Both the position numbers and the translations under genes were made by a program. The notes under the pieces are model-generated. The model ran no database searches and had not been told where the DNA came from. It saw nothing but the letters and a program-made list of their open reading frames with translations. Positions 26,401-39,129 of a stretch of 55,079 nucleotides of DNA are shown here, piece by piece. This DNA is from Chiloscyllium plagiosum (Eukaryota): contig NC_057720.1 of the NCBI RefSeq assembly GCF_004010195.1, positions 24,179,236 through 24,234,314 of the forward strand. The letters are read 5' to 3'. How positions within the stretch are numbered: the stretch's first letter is position 1; each line of letters starts with the position of its first letter.

Positions 26401-26512
26401 AATAGTTTTTAATTTTTTAAATTTTCCTACAGGTCTTTTGGATTGTAACCAGCAAATATTTCTCCTGTTTCCTTTCAACTGAAAGCAACCTATAATAGTT
26501 AAATTATCAGCA

Positions 26513-26632
26513 ACTAGGGTAGAGTGAGGACTGTAGATGCTGGAGAGTCAGAGTGTTTAGAGTGTGGCACAGCAGCTCCTCAGATGCTGCCTGACCTGCT
26601 GTGCTTTTTCCAGAGTCTCACCCTGTCTACTC
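26513..26632. mobile_element. Short, internally deleted fold-back Penelope repeat fragment; TSD TAAATTATCA
   Basis: gtgaggactgtagatgctggaga (tail, reverse) joined to gatgctgcctgacctgctgtgc (forward); direct repeat at 26500-26509 and 26633-26642. Confidence 0.65.
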
Positions 26633-27339
26633 TAAATTATCATCAGTACCAACCAATGAACTTAGTTTTCTTGTGATGTCACTCTTTGCTTTGGGCTGGA
26701 CCCCTGATATTGGGCTTCATTTTGAACCTGTTAAAAGACCTTACAAAATATGAGTCAAAAAAATCAAGCAGCAAGTATCTCTCATCCCTCTGTACCAAAT
26801 TCCCATTCTTCTCTAAAATCCCCAAACTATGTGGTCATTTGGCCTGTGTCTCACTTCAATGGGATATCTCCTTCCTGACTGTATAAAGCTTGCTGAGATG
26901 TGCTGTTTAGTTTTGAATTTATTTCTCTTCCAGTGAGGATTTATTTTGTTACCTTGAATAAAGAAAAGCTGTTGTCTGCTCAGTTGATGTTCAACAACTA
27001 AAATTTAATTACTGGTATAGGGTACTTCTGTTTTGAAACTTTCAGAACAGTACTTATTTTGCTAAACACACCTAAGTGCAGAAGGATCATCCTCACCAAG
27101 AGAAAATCTAATAATCTCCCCTAGCTATTAGTGGAAAAGCCATTGCTTAACCCTCCACTATCAAAAGTACTAGGGTTACCATTGACCAGAAATTGAACTG
27201 GGCAAACTTTTTGAGTATTGTTTGTTTGCCAATTGGTGTGATTTGCAGTACATTTCCATGTAACTATTCTCGTTCAACTAATGTCACATATCACTTTCAA
27301 CTAAAAATGCTTTTGCTTTCTTTCTGTTCTCGTTTTCAG

Positions 27340-27547
27340 GATATGAATTGCAGTTTCGCCTTGGTCCATCTTTACGGGGGAAGGAAGTTAATGTCCACGT
27401 CAACTACCCAGTTGCTTCAGAAAGTTTTGACCGTCATCACTTTCAGACATTGCAGTGGCAGAATCAAAAAGAAGGCGATGACTCTGATGAATACTGTGCG
27501 ATTACTTTGCAGTTGTCTGGATCCTTTCAGTTTCATTATGGGAATAG
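27340..27547 (+). CDS. AGL: AGL coding exon 2: GYELQFRLGPSLRGKEVNVHVNYP...DDSDEYCAITLQLSGSFQFHYGN-R
   Basis: Pyrimidine tract plus ttttcag acceptor, donor GTGAGC at 27548; 208 nt, in phase with both neighbours. YELQFRLGP and DDSD.YC motifs of AGL. Confidence 0.96.
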
Positions 27548-27859
27548 GTGAGCTTAACTGAAGATAACTTTCCTAATCTTAAGAGATAAGGTACTCTGTT
27601 TAAATATTTCCACAATTCACTTTACTTTTGCCTCTCCAATTTTCTCTCAAATATGTTGAATCATTTTGGGTTATGGTTCAAAAAAAACATCAGCCACTTT
27701 CTGGAAACCTCTCCACGTGCATATATGGAATATAAGCAGTGAGTGATTGCAGACTAATTAACTAGAAATCAGTGCAATTGAACCTGCAGTGTCTTTGCTT
27801 GACATCCTGAAGCATGCATATCCTCCAAGATGTGTTGAATGACAAAGCAGCAAGAAGAA

Positions 27860-28215
27860 TCAAAGTGTGGCTCTGGAAAAAACACAGCAGGTCAGGCAGC
27901 ATATGAGGAGTGGGAGAGTCAATGTTTCAGGCATAAGCCCTTCCTCAGGAATGTGGATGGGGAAGGGGGCTGGTAAATGTGGGTTGGGGCGAGAATGACA
28001 GTAGGTTGGATGATGATAGGTGGATGGTGATTATGATAGGTCAATGGGAGGAGTGGAGCAAATAGGTGGACAGGTAAATCAGGTCAAGAGGGTGGTGCTG
28101 AGTTGGAGGGTTGGATCTGGGATGAGATGGGAGATATGGAAACTAATGAAGTCAGTGTTGATGTTGTGTGGTTTTAGGGTCCAAGGGCGGAAGATGAGAT
28201 GTACTTCCTCCAGTT
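27860..28215 (-). mobile_element. Penelope family A terminal repeat plus 3' UTR fragment (decayed hammerhead ~27918-27952)
   Basis: ctggaaaa..cacagcaggtcaggcagcat...gtttcaggcataagcccttcctcaggaatg followed by a G-rich tract. Confidence 0.8.
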
Positions 28216-29207
28216 GGCAGGATCTAGCTGGGTTTCTTTTCTGTTGCTGAGCAAAGGGCTGTAGAGATCTTTCAGAGTAAATTGATCACCACGGTGTTGG
28301 AATTCATCTACCTCAGTATGTCAAAACGGGGATCTTTGCTGTCTGAAAAATTCTTTTGTACACTAGGTAGCAAATTTACCACCCACCAAATTTTTTTTTT
28401 CAAATTATTAGGATGAGTTTTTACTTAGGCACTTTATTTTGCCAACAACTCTACCATTCCTTCCTTTGCCTTCCCAAGTATTTTTTTTAAAAAAAGTAGG
28501 TAGAAGGTTCTTACTGCATTTATCAAAATGGATGCCTCTTTTAAAAACTGGCAATCTAATCATTTCCCCTTGCATTCTATGGAAGGACCATTACTGAATC
28601 CCCCACCATCAAAATTATTGGAATCACCATTGAATAGAAACTCAACTAGACCAGCTACAAATACTGTGGGTTCAAGAGCAGTCAGAGACTGGAAATTCTA
28701 CCCCAAGTAACTCGCCCCTTAACTCTCCACCAAAGTCTGATCACCATATATAGAATAATCTCCAACAGAACCAACTAGGATAAGCCACCTCTTTGATTGG
28801 CACCCCTTCCACCATTTTAAACATTTACTCCTTAAACTACTAATGCATAGTGGCAGCATTATGTGCTATGTACAAGATACATAGTAATAACACATATAGG
28901 ATCCTACATCAGCACATTCCAAATCTGTGACCTCTACCAAATAGAAGGGCAGTGGAGTTAAAGTGTGGAAATATTGCCATCTGCAAATTCCCCTTCGTTT
29001 CACATTGCCATCCTGATTTAGAACTATATTGCCATTCATTCACTGTAATGTTGAAATTCCCTTCCTAACAGCACTATTAGTGTACCTACAGCACCTATAC
29101 TGCAGGGATCAAATAGAGAGGCAACAAATGCATTTATGCCAGAGGCAATGTAACTTCCTGAAATGACTGGATTCACCTTTTCCCAACATTGACCTATTCT
29201 ACTTTTG

Positions 29208-29456
29208 AGGAGAAAGTGAGGTCTGCAGATGCTGGAGATCAAAGTTGAAACTTTATTGCTGGAACAGCACAGCAGGTCAGGCAGCATCCAGGGAACAGGA
29301 GATTCGACGTTTCGGGCACAGGCCCTTCTTCAGGAATGAGCAGAGAGTCTACACTCTCTGCTCATTCCTGAAGAAGGGCCTGTGCCCGAAACGTCGAATC
29401 TCCTGTTCCCTGGATGCTGCCTGACCTGCTGTGCTGTTCCAGCAATAAAGTTTCAA
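29208..29456. mobile_element. Young fold-back Penelope terminal-repeat mini-insertion: perfect 106-bp inverted arms, 4-nt loop, 35-nt tail, 14-bp TSD
   Basis: Arms 29243-29348 and 29353-29458 are exact reverse complements (checked base by base); CTATTCTACTTTTG at 29194-29207 and 29457-29470. Confidence 0.96.
29364..29399 (+). ncRNA. Minimal type I hammerhead ribozyme motif, Penelope type (identical copy on - strand at 29302-29337)
   Basis: AUUC-CUGAAGA-A-GGGC(CUGU)GCCC-GAAA-C-GUC-GAAU: stem I AUUC/GAAU, core CUGANGA, 4-bp stem II, GAAA, palindromic ACGU in place of stem III, GUC cleavage triplet. Confidence 0.88.
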
Positions 29457-30211
29457 CTATTCTACTTTTGGACGGGCTATCTTCACAACTGCATTCCTTA
29501 ATATTGTTCTTTGTAGACTTACTCTGACTGACAGATTGTTAGGTATATAATTTGGCAATTGGTACAATCTTTTGCTTTACAATTTGAAGTCAATTTCTAT
29601 GAAATCAATTCTTGATCACCTTTCTACAAATATTCCCTTTGGAGAAGAATGATACCACAATTGATGGTATCTTCCATGAATCTTTCAACTGAGATAACCT
29701 AAGCTAAGAGGATTCCAACTGGAAATTCATTTGGCTGACCTTTAAGCTCACTTTTTCATATTTTTATTATTTCTAGTTTGACATGAAAAGTTGGCTTAAC
29801 CTGCAGAGGGAGAGGTCTGAACCCCTCACTACTTGCAGGCTATAGATTCTGGGAATTTCATTCCGAGCTGCAGAGCATGCTGAGGAAAGAAAATAAATGT
29901 GTTTTTAATATAATGGTAGCCATGATAAAGTAACGTTAAAGTGCACAGTTTTGATAAATTGTGTAAAGAAACTGCATTGTAGTGATACATTGATATATCC
30001 TTATTCTTCAAATGCCCAAAGCCTTTTTTGCGAACTACCATTATATTTCAAATGCATGATATGCAGGGTGAATATATGATGAGAGAAGTGGGGTGGTGAA
30101 ATGAAAGTGGAAAGATGCAAATTTATTTGTCTTTCAGTGGAATATATCAAAAGTAATAATAAGAATTAAGGGAAACCTGAAATGTCTTACTTCATATTTT
30201 CTTGTTTTCAG

Positions 30212-30381
30212 AAATAATCAAAGGATTGGTGCAGGGTTTATAATTGTGGACCCTATTCTACGTGTTGGACATGACAATCAAATCCTGCCACTGGATTGCA
30301 TTTGTGCCCAGACCTTCTTATCCAAATGTTTGGGACAGTTGGATGAATGGGAGGCCCGGTTGAACGTTGCTAGGCATTCAG
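30212..30381 (+). CDS. AGL: AGL coding exon 3: [57 protein letters not shown]
   Basis: Acceptor gttttcag (30211), donor GTAATG (30382); 170 nt. VDPILRVG...LPLDC...QTFL.KCLG motif. Confidence 0.96.
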
Positions 30382-31020
30382 GTAATGTGGACTGACAAAT
30401 ATGCCAATTATAAACATTTAGTATTGTGAAAAATATCAAGCATCTTGAGTTTGGTTAATCTGTATAAATAATAAGATAACAGAACATAGCATGCATTACA
30501 ATATCAATAAATGACTCCAAACCATATTTGACTTCAGTTTTGTTTTCATGTTTACAAATGTTTCTCTGAACTAGATAGAATACAAGGATGAAACCTCTCC
30601 CTTTCAACAAGTGATCCTAACTGTGTGTGCTGTCTTCACACCCTTCTCTTTTTCACCTTTCTTCCAGACTCTGTGTCTCCAAATACCTTTATTGATTAAG
30701 CTCTAAGATGCCTTCACAGACACTATGCACTTCATATGCTTCCATTGACACCATGCAGTTGTGATTAGTGATTTCCTGAATTTTTTTTGTCAGTTCTCCA
30801 AAGCTACCATTGTATTTGCTCATGGTTTCCCTTGAAATCTCTCACTTCTTAAAAAAAAAAAATCATTTTTTTAAAAAAATGAGATATCCCTTGTTCCTCA
30901 TTCAATGGAATTTATAGCCTTTCAATCTTCATTGCCTTCTGCAATCCATGCCTTAATTTTACTCATTATTTCCTCTTTGGTATCCTATACGATTGATCTT
31001 AGACCTTCACCAAGGATTTT

Positions 31021-31346
31021 AGATTAGATTACGTTTAGATTAGATTACTTAGTGTGGAAACAGACCCTTTGGCCCAACAAGTCCACACCGAACCTCCAAA
31101 GAGGAGCAACCCACCCAGACCCATTCCCCTACATTTACCCCTTCACCTAACATTAAGGGCAATTTAGCATGGCCAATTCACCTAACCTGCACATTTTTGG
31201 ACTGTGGGAGGAAACCGGAGCACCCGGAGGGAACCCACGCAGACACGGGGAGAATGTGCAAACTCCACACAGACAGTTGCCTGAGGCAGGAATTGAACCC
31301 GGGTCTCTGGCGCCATGAGGCAGCAGTGCTAACCACTGTGCCATCC
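31021..31346 (-). mobile_element. Young HE1-type SINE
   Basis: GGCACAGTGGTTAGCACTGCTGCCTCA..., GGTTCAATTCC B-box, core and (ATCTA)n tail on the - strand. Confidence 0.95.
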
Positions 31347-31579
31347 ATTTTCAGTAATGACAAATGCTAACTCAAGTTTAAAGTTAGGGGAAAATGAAAT
31401 AGTAATTTCTGCATTTGTGTTTAAAATAATAGTTCACTCTGCGATAATTAATTTTTGTCAGAGTTTTGAAATGATCCGACATGCTTTCAAAGGACAAAGG
31501 CAATTGTAACAGTTGAAATTGGGATTTGTGGAGGAAGTGGAGAGAGTGGTACTGGAAAAGCACAGCAGGTCAGGCAGCA

Positions 31580-32529
31580 AGGAGAAAGTGAGGACTGTAG
31601 ATGCTGGAGATCAGAGTTTAAAAATGTGTTGCTGGAAAAGCGCAGCAGGTCAGGCATCATCAAAGGAGTAGGAGAATCGACGTTTCGGGCATAAGCCCTT
31701 CTTCAGGAATGAGGAGGGTGTGCCAAGCAGGCTAAGATAAAAGGTAGGGAGGAGGGGCGTTGGGAATACGATAGGTGGAAGGAGGTTAAGGTGAGGGTGA
31801 TAGGCCGGAGAGGGGGTGGGGNNNNNNNNNNNNNNNNNNNNNNNNNNNNNNNNNNNNNNNNNNNNNNNNNNNNNNNNNNNNNNNNNNNNNNNNNNNNNNN
31901 NNNNNNNNNNNNNNNNNNNNNNNNNNNNNNNNNNNNNNNNNNNNNNNNNNNNNNNNNNNNNNNNNNNNNNNNNNNNNNNNNNNNNNNNNNNNNNNNNNNN
32001 NNNNNNNNNNNNNNNNNNNNNNNNNNNNNNNNNNNNNNNNNNNNNNNNNNNNNNNNNNNNNNNNNNNNNNNNNNNNNNNNNNNNNNNNNNNNNNNNNNNN
32101 NNNNNNNNNNNNNNNNNNNNNNNNNNNNNNNNNNNNNNNNNNNNNNNNNNNNNNNNNNNNNNNNNNNNNNNNNNNNNNNNNNNNNNNNNNNNNNNNNNNN
32201 NNNNNNNNNNNNNNNNNNNNNNNNNNNNNNNNNNNNNNNNNNNNNNNNNNNNNNNNNNNNNNNNNNNNNNNNNNNNNNNNNNNNNNNNNNNNNNNNNNNN
32301 NNNNNNNNNNNNNNNNNNNNNNNNNNNNNNNNNNNNNNNNNNNNNNNNNNNNNNNNNNNNNNNNNNNNNNNNNNNNNNNNNNNNNNNNNAGTCCTCCTCC
32401 CTACCTTTTATCTTAGCCTGCTTGGCACACCCTCCTCATTCCTGAAGAAGGGCTTATGCCCGAAACGTCAATTCTCCTACTCCTTTGATGCTGCCTGACC
32501 TGCTGTGCTTTTCCAGCAACACATTTTTA
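31580..32529. mobile_element. Inner (nested) fold-back Penelope insertion; TSD AGGTCAGGCAGCA; hammerhead motifs at 31675-31710(-) and 32438-32473(+)
   Basis: Direct repeat at 31567-31579 and 32530-32542; inverted arms flank the N gap. Confidence 0.88.
31822..32389. other. Assembly gap (568 N)
   Basis: Run of N. Confidence 1.
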
Positions 32530-33457
32530 AGGTCAGGCAGCATCCAAGGAGCAGGAGAATCGACATTTCGGTCATAAACCCTTCATCAGGAATGAGGCTT
32601 GTGGGATAGGGACCATTGCCCCTCCCACCACCTTAACCCATTTTCAAGCTTCCAACTTGGCACCGCCCTCTTGACCTGTCCATCTTCCTTCCCACCTATC
32701 CACTCCACCCTCCTCTTCAACCTATCACTTTCACCCCCACCTTCATCTACATTCCCGCTACCTTCCCTCCAGCCCCACCTCCTTCCCATTTACCTCTCAG
32801 CCTCCCGGCCCACAAGCCTCATTCTTGATGAAGACATTATGCCCAAAAAATCGATACTCCTGCTCCTTGGGTGCTGCCTGGCCTACTGTGCTTTTCCAGC
32901 AGTACACTCTTGACTCTGATCTCCAGCATGCAGTGCTCACTTGCTCTGATTTGTGGAGGAACGCTGCTTTAAAGTGTTAGGAATTCCATGTTCCAGTCTC
33001 TTAAATTCAAAGTGCATAATGTTTGTACTTTCCCACATTGTATTCCATCTGTCATGTTTTTTGCTCCATCTCCTAGCCTGATTCTTTCTGCAGCGTTGCC
33101 ACTTTCTCAACAGTACCTGACCCCCACCTATCTTTGTGTCATGTTTTATGATGGAATATTGTCCACATCCTGAATGAGAGGCTTGATATTATGCTGGGGA
33201 ATTTTCTTAAAAAGTAGACTGGATTGTTACTCCACCAACTATCTTAATCACCCTGAGGTGCCAGTGCACAAAAGCAGCTGTGTATACCATCTGTAAGATA
33301 CACTGCAGCGATTCATCAATGCTTCTTTGATAGCATTTTCTAAACCTACAACAACTGCCTAATGAAAAGTCAAGGGCCAAGTCTCTCTGACCGTGTGAAG
33401 GGCTGAGGTGGGCCAGCCAGCCATGTTTGCAGTGCCATGGCAGGATTGGCGATTGTA

Positions 33458-33762
33458 GTGGGTGGCACAGTGCTTAGCACTGCTGCCTCACAGCGCCAGA
33501 GACCCGGGTTCAATTCGCGCCTCAGGCGACTGACTGTGTGGAGTTTGCACATTGTCCCCGTGCCTGCGTGGGTTTCCTCCGGGTGCTCCGGTTTCCTCCC
33601 ACAGTCCAAAAATGTGCAGGTAAGGTGAATTGGCCATGCTAAATTGCCCGTAGTGTTAGGTGGAGGGGAATGGGTCTGGGTAGGTTGTGCTTCGGCGGGT
33701 CGGTGTGGACTTGTTGGGCCGAAGGGCCTGTTTCCACAGTGTAAGTGATCTGAATCTGATCT
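33458..33762 (+). mobile_element. Young HE1-type SINE
   Basis: GGTGGCACAGTGCTTAGCACTGCTGCCTCACAGCGCCAGAGACCCGGGTTCAATTC head, core, tail tgatctgaatctgatct. Confidence 0.95.
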
Positions 33763-35519
33763 AAAATTGTTGTTACTTCTTCTCCTGCTCATCATCTTGG
33801 AACTTTCTTTTGAGATGTATGACTATACCACATGCAGTTGTCCACCAGCACCTTCTCCAGAGCAATGAGAAATAGACAGTGATTGAAACACTCTATGAAC
33901 AAATAAATAATCAATTCCTTGACATTATACTGAGAGAAGTGATAGTTAATCTTGGATATCTGCACTTCAGATGTAACTTTGTGTTTGCAGTTGGCTGTAT
34001 GCTGAGTGCTGAAGTTCAAGTGCATGGTTCTCTCCAGAATATAGTCCTTAATCAGTAACTAAAAATATCAGCCAATACAACAAATTAGACCCCATTTGTC
34101 AGGAATAAGGTGCGCACTCATGCTGTTCTTGGAATATTTGTTTTGATGTTATAACAAATATAATCACTTTATAGTATGCGTTTTACGCATGCCATATCAC
34201 CTTAGGAGATATAGGTCATCATTGTATTCCACGACCTAATGTGAATAAGGAGGTATTTCATCTCTGGGAGAGTAGTGAATTCTGAAGGCTGTCAAGGCTA
34301 GATTGTTAAGAATGTTCAAGACCAAAATAGCTAGTAAAGGAATCAAGGGTTCCAGGGAAAAGGCAGAAAGGTGGAGTTCAGGATTATCAGATCAGCTATG
34401 ATCTCTTGCTTGAATAGTCTACTTCTGCTCCTATGGTTTATGTTATCATTAGTATCAATAATCTAATAGATTACTCGACCATTTTGCGTATTAGGGTTCA
34501 GCATAGGTGTAATTTTGAGGTGCTAACAGTTATTTATCAAAAAATCATATGCTGTGATAATTTAAATTGACCATTTGATTATCTGTACAACTGGAATCAC
34601 AATGAGCTCTGAAAAGGGACATCCCGCTTACCCAATCATCTCAGCACTTTTTTAAGGAAGGAGCTTGTAAAAAGACTTGTGCACCTGAACATCCAAAGAA
34701 CATTTGGCAATGTTCCAAAAAAGGTACTGTTTAATCTTGGATAAAAACTTGGATGTAGATAAGAAATTGGCTGACAGAAAGAGGAGGAAAATGTAAGCTT
34801 TGTTGGATAGCAGTGGTTAATGGCCTGAACCCTAGAATTTTCTGATTTAACAATTCAGTGAGCTTCTAAATCCAATGTCTTCATTTGTGCTTCAGCGTTT
34901 AGTAATATGTGACTCCTGTCCCTATGCATTTATTCTCTGACCTCCATTTAATTGGTCATTTTATTAAGCATTTGCTGTTTTTGAAGGTTTGTTACGTCTA
35001 TCCTGGTTAATACTTGAAAGCATAAATCATTCAGCATATTAACTACTATTTTAATCTTTTCCTTTAACTCAAATAACATCTATTGTAGTTTTTACCTTTC
35101 TCTTGAATAACTAAGAGTTATTATAGTTTTATTCCTTTGAATATTATTTTAGACTCCTGGCAAGTTTTTTGATTCATCTTTGCGCCTGTGACATGTTATC
35201 TCCAGAAGGCTGTCACCTTTCTCTTTTGGGGACTTATAGAAGCAATCTATGTTTCACCTCAAATTGATTTGCTTCTTTATTTTGCTTTCCATTTGCTTTA
35301 TATGTCTTGATTTCTTTGAATATCTGGCTTTTGTCTTTTGTGCACACCAAGTCAAAGTTATCATATTGTAGTCATTATTTTCTGGGGGAGCTTCAGTTTC
35401 CATTTCATATACACTATGCCACTTATTATAATTTGAGATATGCATTGCCTCTCTATAATTTCCCAGTACACTAGGTCATGCAACATTCACCTATTGCATT
35501 AACTGGCTCATATTCTATT

Positions 35520-35815
35520 GGATTGGAGACTGGACTCAGTCTCTGCCAGGACTGACATATGAAGAGAAACTGTATCGGTTAGGACATTATCCACTAGAGC
35601 TTGGAATAATGACAGGATAAACATTCAAACAGGACTTGACAGGGTAAAAAGGATTTCCCAATGATCACGAGGTCCACAGGTCGCAGTCTAAGGATACAAG
35701 GTCAGCCATTTAAGACTGAGATGAAAAGAAATGTCTTCATCCAAGAGTGATGACCCTGTGGTACTCTCTCCTACTGAAAGCACTTAGGGCCAAAGCGTTG
35801 GATGTCTTTCAAGAA
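35520..35815 (+). mobile_element. Decayed CR1-type LINE 3' fragment
   Basis: gccaggactgacatatgaagag...ccatttaagactgagatga..agaaat.tcttca.ccaagagtg.tga.cctgtgg. Confidence 0.65.
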
Positions 35816-36319
35816 TGAGAAAGAGAGTTGTTTTGATCCCTTGAACACAAAGATGCAGGGTGAAAGTGGGTTATTAATACAAGATTCTGTGATGATGATG
35901 ATGCCATTGAATGTCAAATGACAGAGCTTAGATTCTCTGTCTCATATTGGAGATGGCCATTGCTTGATATTTATGCAGCACAAATGTTACTTACCACTTT
36001 CTGAATATTGTCCCGATCATGCTGCGTTTGTACGTGGACTGCTTCGGTGTCTGAAACTTCATGAATGGTGCAATCATTGTACAATCATTGAAATGTTGTG
36101 CAATCATTGGCAAATAACCACAATTCTGACCTTAAGATGGAGGGAAGATTATTTTTGAAGCAGCTGATTAGGCTTGTGCTTGGGGCCCTTCACTGAGGAA
36201 CTCCTGCAGAGATATCCTGAAGTAGAGCATTTAGTGGCAAAAGAGGCTCAAAGGGCCAAATGGTCTATTCCTGCTCCTAGCTTCTGTGTCGTCTCCTTTC
36301 TGTGAGAGAAGAAAAGCAA

Positions 36320-36575
36320 TGTCCTCGTGGTATTATCACTAGACTATTCATCCAGAGACCTGGATAATATTCTGGGAACCTGGGTTTGAATCCCACTATG
36401 GCAGATGGTGAAATTTAAATTCAATAATCTGGTAATAAGAGTTGAATGATCATGAAACCATTGCTGATTCAGGAAAACACATCTGGTTCACCTAATGTCA
36501 TTTAGGGAGAGACATCTGTCATCTGTATCTGGTCCTGCCTACATGTGACTTCAGTCCCACAATAATGTAGTTGTT
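36320..36575 (+). mobile_element. tRNA-derived SINE of a second family (related 3' part at ~53280-53480)
   Basis: B-box GGTTTGAATCCC; ctggttcac.taatgtc.tttaggga...ggtc..gcctacatgtgact shared with the 53.3 kb copy. Confidence 0.6.
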
Positions 36576-37249
36576 AATGTAGTGAGGCTGGTGCTTTTCT
36601 GATGCCACCCCTTGTGGATGGAGAATGCAGGCAGTTGCTGTCCATGGAGTGTGCTCTGAGGTGTTCAGGACTGTTGGCCAAGATGGATACTTGAAGAAGA
36701 GAAAAAATGAGCTACAACTGCTAGATAACTGTCATGTCTGGAATAGCTTCTATCTAGGCTCCCTCCACTTCCCTGGGCAAATCCAAGCTGCATATAAATG
36801 AATTGACATTGGACAATAAAAGTGTTAATGCATGCAAATACACTAATTGCCAGTCACTGATAAAACATTACGCACAAAATTGGACTTTTTTCCTTTCGAA
36901 GTCAAGAATCTCATTTTTCCTTTCTTAGAATATTTCCCCAAGTAACTTGTCAATGTCATTCAGGCTTGGGAAAATTTCACTCATAGAATGACAAAAGACA
37001 GACTCTAAATATGGTAGCTACAGTAACAGAAACCTTCCCTGTGCCTCGATCGAAGCTACTGAAGCAATTTCATTCTTACGCCTGAAGGATAAATATAACT
37101 GGTTTAGATATGAAACAAGATGATGCATTTTCATAAAAATACAAATGACAAGTTTGCATTGTCAACAGTTCTTAATTTCAGAAGCTATATACGTGATACT
37201 GGGGTTGTTGGCATAAATATCTAATCGGACTAGCAGAATTTAGAAGGTT

Positions 37250-37400
37250 AAAACAAGCACAGCAGATGCTGGAAACCAGAGTCTAGATTAGAGTGGTGCT
37301 AGAAAAGCACAGCAGGTCAGGCAGCATCCAAGGAGCAGGTGAATCGACGTTTCGGGCAAAAGCCCTTCATCAGGAATAGAGGCAGGGAGTCTGCAGGGTG
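37250..37400 (-). mobile_element. Solo Penelope family A terminal repeat with an intact-core hammerhead at 37342-37377(-)
   Basis: Reverse complement reads ATTC-CTGATGA-A-GGGC(TTTT)GCCC-GAAA-CGTC-GATT. Confidence 0.88.
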
Positions 37401-38444
37401 AATTGGCAATTGTTGAGCTTTCTTTGCAGTTGGGATCAATGGTTCATCCACTCAATACATTTCTATTTCCCAAGAATGTTGCTGCATACTGTCTGGTAAC
37501 CTTCAACTGTGCAATTCAATATATTAACTGAAATGCTTCTAAAGAAAATAAATCATTACCTATCGTTACCTTCCAAAGCAAATAACATGAATTTCTAACC
37601 TAGCTCCATTTATTAGCACTTACTTATGATCCTGTTTCACTTTGTTTTATACCTATTGAAAGTTTCATGTCGCGTGAACTCTTGATACCTTGTAAGTTAA
37701 TGTTATAAGGTTAGAACAAAGGAAGAATAATTGAAATTTGAAAGGATTGTTGACTTTGCCTTAACGGAAAGGCACTGCATTTGCTTTGAGTATGATCCAG
37801 GCCCCACATTTACGTAAGCAGAGTTGTTTCTTAGTTAATTTAAACTATCTGGCTCATTCCAGGTAATACATAGAACTGATTCCTTTTGGCTAACATTTCT
37901 TTCCTGTAAAAATGCTTCCATTGTATCGAGAGTGTCCTTTCCTTTGAGAGTACAATATTCTGAAAAGTACAATTGGCAGTTATTTTTATAGAATTCAAAC
38001 AATTGTGGGTGCTAGATTTTAGATAAAATATGGATGTTGGGTGCTCAAGATGAAAACTCTCTCTCCAACATGACCTACAAACATTGTTGGCATGAAAAAG
38101 GAGTTTATTAAAAAAACATATCTAAAGTGCTGGAGTCAAGCTAATCCGAGAGCATGCATATGAAAACAACCCTAAAATGCTTGCATGAACAGGATATTAC
38201 TAAGCTGTGAGATGTTGATCATATGAAATTCAAGCTACAACAATTAGAAATGGCTTCATTTTTAAACGTGATTACCATTAATACTATCACAATAAAAAGG
38301 TTGGTGCTGCAACAATAACTATTGTGAAATCCTGGGTCAAGTAGGTTTAATCGGCAAGGTTATGTGTACATTATCTGATAACAATATTGTTAATCTCTAC
38401 ATTATGACATGACATTACATTGAGCATTGATGCAACCTATTTTC

Positions 38445-38793
38445 ACAAAATCCCTACAATGCAGACTATAGGCCATTTGGCTCATCAGGTCTCCTCCGAA
38501 GAGCATCCCATCCAGACCCAGCCCTCCCCACCCACCCTATCCCTGTAACCCTACGTTTACCATGGCTAATTCACCTAGCCTGCACATCCCTGGACACTAT
38601 GCAATTTAGCATGACCAATCCACCTAACCTGCACATCTTTGGACTGTGGGAGGAAACCGGACTGCCTGGTGGAATTCTGCGCAGGCATGAGGAGAATATT
38701 CAAACTCCACACAGACTGTCGCGCAAGCTGAACTCGAATCTGGGTCCCTGGTGCTGTGAGGCAGCAGTGCTAACCACTGAGGAACCATGCCGC
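38445..38793 (-). mobile_element. HE1-type SINE
   Basis: Same head and core as the other copies (ggtgctgtgaggcagcagtgctaaccactgag on +). Confidence 0.9.
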
Positions 38794-39129
38794 ATTTAAT
38801 TTGCTGACTAATTAGAATTTATCTTGCGGCAGTCCACAAATTGTGTTTCCAGTTGTTCTGGGAGCCCTCTTAAGTTTTGAGAAGGCATATATTTATTTTT
38901 TAAATTGTTCAGCCACCTTCAGTTATGTGTATTCACATCTGTATTGTTATCTCATATTAGTTTTGTTTCTCTGAACAAGCTGCTTTCCATATAGCTAAGC
39001 AAGGTCAGCTATTTACACAGCTAGTCCTCGCCCGCATTTATCTTGCCAGTTTATTTATGTTGTTTGAAATGTGTAGGCTCAAAGTGTACAGCTTTGGCAG
39101 CTTGCTTCCAAATAAAGTTTCCATGTCGG

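Larger units (their letters stand above)
31537..32947. mobile_element. Outer fold-back Penelope insertion; TSD GATTTGTGGAGGAA
   Basis: Direct repeat at 31523-31536 and 32948-32961. The left arm is split by the inner element; right arm and tail at ~32800-32947. Confidence 0.9.

Noticed and set aside
29243..29458. DNA-transposon MITE or pre-miRNA interpretation of the hairpins
   Set aside because: The insertions are asymmetric (one-sided tail), TSD lengths vary from 10 to 16 bp, and the same repeats are associated with GIY-YIG Penelope sequences, which fits a retroelement origin better.
31791..32498. Long ORFs of 235 and 209 aa
   Set aside because: Artefacts of translating the N gap.
33458..33530. 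tRNA gene (A and B boxes; also at 8.5, 22.6, 31.3, 36.3 and 38.7 kb)
   Set aside because: These are SINE heads continuous with SINE core and tail; no complete cloverleaf seen.
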